Translations under genes and position numbers: made by a program
NCBI GenBank assembly: GCA_035377365.1
Contig: DAOSSK010000003.1
Span: 1 to 44,891 of the forward strand
Reading direction: 5' to 3'
Length of the DNA: 44,891 bases
Source of the DNA: Bacilli bacterium
GTDB lineage: Bacteria > Bacillota_I > Bacilli_A > ML615J-28 > CAG-698
Notes under the pieces: model-generated
The model's database searches: none
Told to the model about the DNA's origin: nothing
The model's input: only the letters and a program-made list of their open reading frames with translations
Shown: positions 9,503-17,098 of the stretch, one piece after another
Layout of the letters: every line of letters starts with the position of its first letter
How positions within the stretch are numbered: the first letter of the stretch is position 1

Positions 9503-12500
9503 CTATCCGAATTGTGCGATAACCTTTTGTTGCCATGCTGGCATACATTCTGCTACAACTGCTGAGTAGTCTGCTCCTTGACGGATACCTTCTTCAGCTG
9601 GTCTTGCAGCTGATGGATTACCCCAAATTCCGATTACTTCTTCATATGGGTCATACATTACTCTACGTTTGTCATAGAATAGAACACATTCGATTGAGAA
9701 TGGATCATCTAGTCTTAAACTAGCATTTTGACGTCTAACGTCTAATTCAGTTTCTCCAACCATTTCTCCAGCTTCTTTTTGTTTTCTTTCTGTCCATCTA
9801 AATACGTCGTTTAGAGCACGATAAATACCTTCATATGCTACTGCATCATCAGTTAAGCCTGCAGCTGCGTGTTTATGAGTCATATGGTTAACCATAGAGT
9901 AAATTGATCCACCCTTAGTAATAACCTTAGTTTGATCTTTACTCATACTATCTGGATAAGGGAATGGAACGTATCCATATCTTGTACCAGATGGGTCGCC
10001 AGGTGACCACATATCAATTGGCCAACGGTTGTCAGTCTTTACAAACCACATTTCTCCGCCGTCCATAATTGCTTTTTCTGTTCTGAATGCTTCAGTTAGA
10101 GCATCATATGCAGGTGTTGGATCCCAAGCTTGGTGGTTCATATAGATTCTCTTAAGTACGTTAACTACACTTCTTTGGATAGGTCCATCAACGTTAAGTG
10201 AAGCACTTGCAGAGTCAACCATCTTAATACCAGCTACGTTAATCATACCTGCCCAGTAGAAGAATGGTCTACCACTAATAGCATAATAACCTTCACCTTT
10301 TTGGCCGATTGCAACTTGTGCATCTAATACCCATTGTTCGAAATCGCTGTGATGCCAACGATCACTCATGAACATTTGAGCAGGGTTTTCCATTCCAACT
10401 TCTTCTAGTAAGTTAACGTTGTAGAATAAACCACGGTCAATATAGTTAGCTCCATATGTAGAAGTACTCATAGCAAATAAGTTTCCTTTATATGTAGCTG
10501 CTTCTCTTGATGCAGGGTCCATACTATTCTTTCCAAAACGAATATATAAGTCTTGTACTGGGAATAATGCTTGACTTGCAGAGAATTGATTTAACCATGT
10601 AGTAGTTGCGATATAGTAGTCTGCTCCACCTTTTGTATTATTTGCATTATTGTTAATCCATTGAACTCTCGCTGGTCCCCATGGAGCTTCTTCTGGATAA
10701 GCAACTACGCTAATTGTACAGTTATAAGCTTCTTCAACTTCACGCCAAGCTGCTTGTTTAGCAGTCTTGTCAGCGCCTGCATATTCTGGTAAGAATGGAT
10801 CTTGATCAAATAATGCATGGCTTGCGTTCATAATTGTAATATTATATCCATTTAAGTTAATTGGATCTGGATCAACTGGTGGCTTAGCAGCTCTAATTTG
10901 ATATCTTTGTGTAACTGCATATGTACCAGGGTTTTCAACACTTGGTGCACGTGCAATGATATAGAATGATTTTCCTTCACCAGCTGCATGAACAGTTACT
11001 GAACCATTTTCATCAACAGAAGCATAAGCATCTTGTTGTGATGACCAAACTACAGTTTGATTTGCACCTGCTGGTCCAACGTCAGCTGTAAATTGATATG
11101 TTTCGCCAATGAAAACATCTGGATAACCGTTAATAGTAATGCTTGTTGGTTCTGGTGTTTTAATTTCTTCTACAAATTTTTCTTTTATTGTAATATCAAT
11201 TGTAGCTGTTAAACCTTCAACTACAGTTGATGTAGCTGTAATAGTTACAACTGTTCCAATATCATCATCTGTTCCGTTGCAGATAAGTGTACCATCTGTA
11301 CGAACATCTACTAAAGGATTATTTGATGACCAAGTAACAGTGCTATATGAGAACGATGGTTTACTTGAAACTGATAATTTTAAACTTCCGCCTTTAGTTT
11401 CAATTTGCGGATCATCGTTTGGTGCACTAATTACTAATTCAGTTGGCATTGGTCTATCAATCAATCTTAATTCAAATGGCTCTGATGTTTCTTCGCCAAC
11501 TTTAGCTGTGATTCTTAATAAACCTGGTTTTAATGCTACAACTCTTAATCTTCCTCTATTAACACCAGTTTTACTTGTTCCATCTGCTGCGATAACGAAT
11601 GTTAATACTTCAGCGATATCTTCTGCTGGAATTTCTTGTTCGTTAGCTTCATAGTTTTGTCCAAGTTCAACTGGATTTTCAGGATCTGTAATATCTTCAA
11701 CTTTGTAAATTACATCTTGAGTAACTGGATCTACTTTATTAGTTTTATAATTAGCAGAATACTCAACTGCAATTTCTTCTCTCTTTAATGTGTATCCTGG
11801 TTCAGATACGAATAATGGTAGAATTGATTCATCCATAACTTCAAAAGTTGCGCTTAAATCAGCTACTTGATTTCCTTCTGCGTCAGATACAATTGCGTGA
11901 ATAGTTGCAATACCTGCTTCAAGAGCTTCTACAGCACCTTCAGCGCTTAATGAGATAACTTCAGTATCTTGAGTATTCCAAGCAACTGTTTCACCTTCTC
12001 TTAGGTTTTCTACAGTAGCAGTAAATTTTCTTCCAATAAAGATGTATACATTGTTTTCAGGATCTTCTTCAGGAACACCTGCGATTGCACGTTCACCTAG
12101 TCCTTTTTCTGTAACTGTAATTGTAACAGTCTTAGAAAGTTCACCAGATGTGATTGTAATAACTGCAGTTCCTGCTGCATGTCCAGTAACTTTTCCACTA
12201 TCGTCTACTGTTGCAACATCTTCATTGTTTGATGCATATGCTAATGTTGCTGTTTGTGGAGCTCCAGTTTGATCTTTCACTTGTGCTCCAAGTGTGTAAG
12301 TTCCGCCAACAACAATTGTTGCTGCTTCCTGTGGAACGGTAATAACTAATTGTACTTCTTCTTCCGGCAATACAGTAATAGTAAGCTCTGCTTGTTTTGC
12401 ACCTGCTTTAACGGTGATAACAGCTGTTCCTTCCGCAACTGCTGATACTAAACCACTAGCACTAACAGTAGCAACTGCTTTATTATCACTGTCGTAAGTC

Positions 12501-12688
12501 ACTTTTTTATCAGTGGCATTGTCCGGTTTTACAGTAGGATTAATTTGATAAGTTTGTCCTACTTGTAATTCTTTGGCATTTGATCCAAGCTCTACTGATG
12601 TAACTTCGATAACTTTGTCATCACAACTACATCCAAATAGTAATAAGCTCAAACCAAATACTAAAAGCAATGATAACCATTTTTTCAT
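9503..12688 (-). CDS. Surface lipoprotein with about five Big_2 (bacterial Ig-like) domains followed by a family-1-type ABC extracellular solute-binding domain
   Basis: The lipobox is LLLFGC at the end of the signal peptide. Repeated units such as VTSVEL...YQINPTVKPDNATDKKVTYDSDNKAVATVSASGLVSAVAEGTAVITV are typical of Big_2. The C-terminal roughly 450 aa (NGYNITIMNAS...YYIATTTW...) looks like a sugar SBP fold. Confidence 0.7.
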   Translation of the reverse strand: MKKWLSLLLVFGLSLLLFGCSCDDKVIEVTSVELGSNAKELQVGQTYQINPTVKPDNATDKKVTYDSDNKAVATVSASGLVSAVAEGTAVITVKAGAKQAELTITVLPEEEVQLVITVPQEAATIVVGGTYTLGAQVKDQTGAPQTATLAYASNNEDVATVDDSGKVTGHAAGTAVITITSGELSKTVTITVTEKGLGERAIAGVPEEDPENNVYIFIGRKFTATVENLREGETVAWNTQDTEVISLSAEGAVEALEAGIATIHAIVSDAEGNQVADLSATFEVMDESILPLFVSEPGYTLKREEIAVEYSANYKTNKVDPVTQDVIYKVEDITDPENPVELGQNYEANEQEIPAEDIAEVLTFVIAADGTSKTGVNRGRLRVVALKPGLLRITAKVGEETSEPFELRLIDRPMPTELVISAPNDDPQIETKGGSLKLSVSSKPSFSYSTVTWSSNNPLVDVRTDGTLICNGTDDDIGTVVTITATSTVVEGLTATIDITIKEKFVEEIKTPEPTSITINGYPDVFIGETYQFTADVGPAGANQTVVWSSQQDAYASVDENGSVTVHAAGEGKSFYIIARAPSVENPGTYAVTQRYQIRAAKPPVDPDPINLNGYNITIMNASHALFDQDPFLPEYAGADKTAKQAAWREVEEAYNCTISVVAYPEEAPWGPARVQWINNNANNTKGGADYYIATTTWLNQFSASQALFPVQDLYIRFGKNSMDPASREAATYKGNLFAMSTSTYGANYIDRGLFYNVNLLEEVGMENPAQMFMSDRWHHSDFEQWVLDAQVAIGQKGEGYYAISGRPFFYWAGMINVAGIKMVDSASASLNVDGPIQRSVVNVLKRIYMNHQAWDPTPAYDALTEAFRTEKAIMDGGEMWFVKTDNRWPIDMWSPGDPSGTRYGYVPFPYPDSMSKDQTKVITKGGSIYSMVNHMTHKHAAAGLTDDAVAYEGIYRALNDVFRWTERKQKEAGEMVGETELDVRRQNASLRLDDPFSIECVLFYDKRRVMYDPYEEVIGIWGNPSAARPAEEGIRQGADYSAVVAECMPAWQQKVIAQFG

Positions 12689-12737
12689 GATTTTTCCTCC
12701 TTGTTTGATTTGCTTTAAGTCCTACGACCTCATTATT

Positions 12738-12766
12738 ATTATACTAAATAATACCTAAAATATCAA
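12738..12766 (-). promoter_or_regulatory. Near-consensus sigma-A promoter for the Big_2 binding-protein gene
   Basis: On the minus strand it reads TTGATA, a 17-nt spacer, then TATAAT. An AAGGAGG RBS lies 7 nt before the ATG at 12688. Confidence 0.6.
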
Positions 12767-12792
12767 GAGTTTTTTGAAAACGATATCTAGTT

Positions 12793-13749
12793 TTAAATCT
12801 TTTTATCGTAAGTTGTATAACTCTTCCAAACCTCAAATCCTAAACGATTATAAACGTCTAAAAGGCCTGTCCAATCAATTAAAAGTTCTGTGCATCCACG
12901 ATCATGTAAGTCTTTAATTGCAATTTTCAATAAATTACTACCGATTTTTTGTCTCCTATGGTCACTATCAACACCTAAAGGTCCAAGTGCACCTAGATTA
13001 TTGAACTTTTGATACCAAGTAATATGATAAGGGAATACTGGAACTTTTGTATCACTTAACCTTACAAAACCAACAACTTGATCTTTATCTAAGCAAATTA
13101 TATAATCCTTACCAAATATTCCTGTCTCATAATAATCTTGGAATTCAAATTCCCATCTTCCAGGAAAACATTTCTCAAAAAATGCTTTAGTAGCTTTATA
13201 ATCCTTTTTCTCAAAATAACGATATTGATATTTTTCCATATTCTCAAAATGTTCAATTACATCTTTTTGGTAATGGTAGCATACCATATCATGAGTAGGC
13301 CCTAAATTGTTATAACCAATTTTTTCTAAAAAGTTTGTTGTTAGATGATTGAAATCAACCGGAACTCCTGGAAAGAAATTATTAATATCTTTTCCAATCC
13401 AAATAGTCTTTTTACCCAATTTCTTAAAACCAGCTTCTACTTTTTCAAAAAGAGTAGTGGCAATTTTTTGCTTACGACATTTTCTCTTTACATAAAACAA
13501 ACTAATAAAGCCAATATCGTGATATCTTTTAATCATATCATTCATAAACTCTTTAGAAATAATAAAACCAACAACTTCATCTCCTTCTAATGCTACAAAA
13601 GAATTCTCTTTAAGAACATATTTGTTCTCAGTAACATTTTGTTTGAAAATAAAATCAGAAATAGGATACATTCCAAGTAAATCATCATTCCATAATTCTT
13701 GGATTAAATGGTAATCTTTAAATTGTTTAAAATTTTTATACTCTATCAT
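12793..13749 (-). CDS. Tandem-GNAT N-acetyltransferase (GlmA-like glucosamine/glucosaminide N-acetyltransferase is a candidate)
   Basis: It contains two acetyl-CoA-binding-type segments (RKCRKQKIATTLF and HRRQKIGSNLL) in a 318-aa protein. It overlaps the GH3-NagB gene by 4 nt. Confidence 0.6.
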   Translation of the reverse strand: MIEYKNFKQFKDYHLIQELWNDDLLGMYPISDFIFKQNVTENKYVLKENSFVALEGDEVVGFIISKEFMNDMIKRYHDIGFISLFYVKRKCRKQKIATTLFEKVEAGFKKLGKKTIWIGKDINNFFPGVPVDFNHLTTNFLEKIGYNNLGPTHDMVCYHYQKDVIEHFENMEKYQYRYFEKKDYKATKAFFEKCFPGRWEFEFQDYYETGIFGKDYIICLDKDQVVGFVRLSDTKVPVFPYHITWYQKFNNLGALGPLGVDSDHRRQKIGSNLLKIAIKDLHDRGCTELLIDWTGLLDVYNRLGFEVWKSYTTYDKKI

Positions 13750-16025
13750 TTATTATCTCCATATGCAGCATCATCGATAATTACAGTAACATTTGGATGC
13801 TTATGTAAAATGCTTGCCGGAAAATCTATAGATACTTTCTTAGATAAAAGTTTATTAACTGCATCTTGCTTTCCTTTTCCACTAATTACCATCAAAATTG
13901 CTTTTGCATCCATAATATTCTTAATTCCCATCGTAATTGCATACTTAGGAACTTCATCAATTGATGCAAAAAATCTCTTATTATCTTCTCTTGTTTTCTC
14001 AGCTAACTTAACTACAAATGTTTCTTGAGTAAAGGCAGTTCCTGGTTCATTAAAACCAATATGTCCATTACCACCAATTCCTAATAACTGTAAATCAACA
14101 GGATTTTTCTTTAATAAATCATTATACTTTTTACAGTTAGCTTCTAAGTCATCTCCTTCAGATGAAGGTAAATGAGTATTTGCTTTTTTAATATCAATGT
14201 GTTTAAATAAGTTTTCATTCATATAAGAATAATAACTTTGTTCATGATTCTTATCTAACTGGCAATATTCATCTAAATTAAAACTCTTTATATCTTTAAA
14301 AGAAATCTCCTTAGCTTCATACTTTTTAATTAGATTTTTATAAGTACCCAAAGGACTTGAACCAGTAGCTAAACCTAAATTAGCTTTAGGGTTTTTCTTA
14401 ACAACATCAGCTATTATTTCAGCGGCCTTTTTACTCATTTCTTCATAGTCTTTAACTTTAATAATTTTCATATTTCCTCCTTCTAATTTAATCGGCAAGT
14501 TTCCTTTAAACTTACCGCTATATATTAATTTTACTAAACTTTTCAAAGAAAGTAAAGTTGCTTCATATAAGCAGATATAGCTCTCAACATTTTCTAAATG
14601 TAAGATATCATAAGGTGATCTCATACTAACTACAATTGTTTTATTTGGATCTAGGACTTGCCAAACTTTAGTTTGATAATCCCCCTTAGTTACATTGTAA
14701 GTACAAAAAATTACTTTATCTGCTTTTTTAATTTCATCCTTAATTAACTTATAATTAATAAATTCTTGGTTTATTACAACTTCATTACAATCTAAGAAAT
14801 CTTTTAAAGTAAAATAATCATTTTCTTTGTTATCAACTAAACTAAATAGTTTAATTTCTGGAAAGATTGCAAAAATCTTTTCTTGTTTTTTTATTGGAAC
14901 TAGCCCCTTATCTTTTACTAAAGTGATTGATTCTAAAGCAAACTTTTTTGCTAGTTTAGATTTTTCTTCCTTTTTAATAACACTTAAATTGTTTTCAAAA
15001 GCTAAATCTTTTTCCAAATAAATTTCTTTATATTCTAAAATCTTACCTACTGCTTCATCTACTCTTGAAAGAGGAATTTCTCCTTCTTCCACTAAACTAA
15101 CAAAAGTATTATAGATTTCTTTTTGTTCATTTAAATCGGCCTTACCGCAGAAACATAAAATATCATTTCCCGCTAAGACTCCTTTCTTGACAATCTCTTT
15201 TATACTATAGTTACCCCAAATAGCTTTCATTGTTAATGAATCAGTTACAACTAGTCCTTTAAATCCTAACTTTTCTTTAAGAAGTTTAGTAATAATGTTA
15301 TAAGACAAACTAGCAGGATTGTCTTTATCTAAACATTGATAAACAATATGCGACATCATTATTCCATTAGCGCCATTTTCAATAGCTTTTTTAAAAGGAT
15401 AAAGTTCTACTTTTTCAATTTCTTCTAAAGACTTATCTACTACTGGTAAACCTAAATGACTATCTACATTCGTATCACCATGACCCGGAAAATGTTTAAC
15501 CGTTGCAATTAGCTTAGCATCTTTAAAACCTTGACTTGCTTTTAAAACATATCTTGAAACAATCTCTGGATTATCAGAATAACTTCTTGAGTTAATTACA
15601 GGATTATAAGGATTATTATTAACATCTGCAACAGGAGCAAAGTTAATACTAAAACCTAAATGTTTTAAGTCCCTGCCTGCCCCTTTATATAACTCATATG
15701 GATCACTTCCATTAGCCGCAAAACCCATCGCAGAAAGAAGTGGTGTTATTCCTTTTTCAATTCTTTGAACTGGTCCACCTTCTTGGTCTAAAGCAATAAA
15801 TGGCCTAATCTTTTTATTTTGAGAAATCTTGCTATTTAATTTACTTACTTGCTTTAAAGAAGTAATGTTTCTTTTAAATAAAATCAAGCCTCCAAGCTCT
15901 AACTCATTTAAAAGATAATCTACTTGTTTATTATAACTAGTTCCATGAAAACTAAACATAAGCATTTGCCCAACTTTTTGTTTTAAACTTAAATCTTTTA
16001 GCTTCATCAAATCCTCCTTAAACAA
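13746..16025 (-). CDS. nagB: Fusion ORF of a GH3 beta-N-acetylglucosaminidase (nt 14472-16025) and glucosamine-6-phosphate deaminase NagB (nt 13746-14471)
   Basis: GH3 motifs are KHFPGHGDTNVDSHLGLP and GLVVTDSLTMKAI. The C-terminal 241 aa are MKIIKVKDYEEMSKKAAEII...LGLATGSSP...FNLDEY...LLGIGGNGHIGFNEPGT, a full-length NagB. There is no stop between the two parts. Confidence 0.85.
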   Translation of the reverse strand: MFKEDLMKLKDLSLKQKVGQMLMFSFHGTSYNKQVDYLLNELELGGLILFKRNITSLKQVSKLNSKISQNKKIRPFIALDQEGGPVQRIEKGITPLLSAMGFAANGSDPYELYKGAGRDLKHLGFSINFAPVADVNNNPYNPVINSRSYSDNPEIVSRYVLKASQGFKDAKLIATVKHFPGHGDTNVDSHLGLPVVDKSLEEIEKVELYPFKKAIENGANGIMMSHIVYQCLDKDNPASLSYNIITKLLKEKLGFKGLVVTDSLTMKAIWGNYSIKEIVKKGVLAGNDILCFCGKADLNEQKEIYNTFVSLVEEGEIPLSRVDEAVGKILEYKEIYLEKDLAFENNLSVIKKEEKSKLAKKFALESITLVKDKGLVPIKKQEKIFAIFPEIKLFSLVDNKENDYFTLKDFLDCNEVVINQEFINYKLIKDEIKKADKVIFCTYNVTKGDYQTKVWQVLDPNKTIVVSMRSPYDILHLENVESYICLYEATLLSLKSLVKLIYSGKFKGNLPIKLEGGNMKIIKVKDYEEMSKKAAEIIADVVKKNPKANLGLATGSSPLGTYKNLIKKYEAKEISFKDIKSFNLDEYCQLDKNHEQSYYSYMNENLFKHIDIKKANTHLPSSEGDDLEANCKKYNDLLKKNPVDLQLLGIGGNGHIGFNEPGTAFTQETFVVKLAEKTREDNKRFFASIDEVPKYAITMGIKNIMDAKAILMVISGKGKQDAVNKLLSKKVSIDFPASILHKHPNVTVIIDDAAYGDNK
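14469..14481 (-). promoter_or_regulatory. Internal Shine-Dalgarno (AGGAGG) plus in-frame ATG at the GH3/NagB junction
   Basis: The minus strand reads AAA TTA GAA GGA GGA AAT ATG AAA ATT. AGGAGG lies 4 nt upstream of the Met that begins the NagB domain. Confidence 0.6.
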
Positions 16026-16028
16026 AAG

Positions 16029-16057
16029 AAAGGTGCTATTTATAAAATAGCACCTTT
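16029..16057 (-). terminator. Terminator-like hairpin between the permease gene and the GH3-NagB gene
   Basis: Arms AAAGGTGCTATT / AATAGCACCTTT form the stem. On the minus transcript the stem is followed by CTTTTGTTT and then directly by the AAGGAGG RBS of the next gene. Confidence 0.5.
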
Positions 16058-16063
16058 TATTTT

Positions 16064-17098
16064 TTATCCCGTGATTCCGGTTCTTTCAATTCCCTCTACA
16101 AATTGTTTTTGAACGAAGAAATAACCGATTAATAACGGTAGCATCATTAGTAGTGCTGCAGTATTCGCAATTAATCCATAGAACATCGGATCGGTCGCTA
16201 AAGCTTCATCGGTTAAAGTATCAAAGATAGGTTTACCTTTGGCTACCCAACCACTAATAACCGTAAACAAACGATCTGTTCCTTCCCCTAAACGAGCTGC
16301 TAATACCGGATATGATTGAACGATACTAAACAATCTCGCAAAGTAATAATCATTCCATTGCCATACAAAAGCAAACAATGCCACAACAACTATCGCTCCT
16401 CTAGCGTTTGGTAACATTACACTCCAGAATGTTCTAATAACACCAGCACCATCCACTTGCGCAGACTCTTCTAATTCTGCTGGGATATTTCTAAAGAACT
16501 GTCTGAAAAGATAAATGAAAATCGCCGATCTTATTCCTTGACCAAATGCTGATAGGATAAATATGGATAATACTGTTCCCATCAACTTTATACCAAAAAA
16601 CGTTGTATTAACTAAGAATAACGATCTTGAAACATGCAAAGTCTCATTCGGTACAACTAAGGTAAAGAGAATAAGATAAAAGAGAATATTACTTCCTTTA
16701 AATCTTAACTTAGCAAAAGCATAACCTGCTATCGCTGATGCCATAACTTGGATAAACATTATTGCTAAAGAAAGAAGTGTAGTTCTTACTAAAGTAGGCC
16801 AATAATCAAGTAAGTCCATAGCTAAACCAATATTAGCTGTACTGAATTCAGATGGAATCCAAACAACTTGAGGATTAGTTAAGTCGTTAGGTGATCTAAA
16901 TGCATAAGAGAATTTTTGGAAAATTGGTAAAAGAATTACAAAACATAATCCAATTAAAATCAGCGTTTTAAAAATTCTACCAGCTCTACCACCAACTTTT
17001 TGAGCATAAACTTTTCTTCTTGTCTTTTTTTCATGCTCTGTTAAAACAGGTTTAGAATAATATTCTTGTGGTACTACAATTTTTTGTTTACTCGTCAT
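16064..17098 (-). CDS. CUT1-family carbohydrate ABC transporter permease
   Basis: It has six TM segments and the EAA loop ESAQVDGAGVIRTFWSVMLPNARG. Confidence 0.85.
   Translation of the reverse strand: MTSKQKIVVPQEYYSKPVLTEHEKKTRRKVYAQKVGGRAGRIFKTLILIGLCFVILLPIFQKFSYAFRSPNDLTNPQVVWIPSEFSTANIGLAMDLLDYWPTLVRTTLLSLAIMFIQVMASAIAGYAFAKLRFKGSNILFYLILFTLVVPNETLHVSRSLFLVNTTFFGIKLMGTVLSIFILSAFGQGIRSAIFIYLFRQFFRNIPAELEESAQVDGAGVIRTFWSVMLPNARGAIVVVALFAFVWQWNDYYFARLFSIVQSYPVLAARLGEGTDRLFTVISGWVAKGKPIFDTLTDEALATDPMFYGLIANTAALLMMLPLLIGYFFVQKQFVEGIERTGITG

Noticed and set aside
11139-11654. A 171-aa plus-strand ORF antisense to the Big_2 binding-protein gene
   Set aside because: Its length is explained by the biased codon use of the sense gene (many GCN/GTN/ACN codons give few antisense stops). 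The translation is a Ser/Val/Thr/Ile-rich string without motifs, and there is no RBS.
9503-12688. A firm call of horizontal transfer for the GC-richer binding-protein gene
   Set aside because: I made only spot base counts. High expression with biased codons, or the amino-acid composition of Ig-like domains, explains the shift equally well, and no mobility genes flank it.
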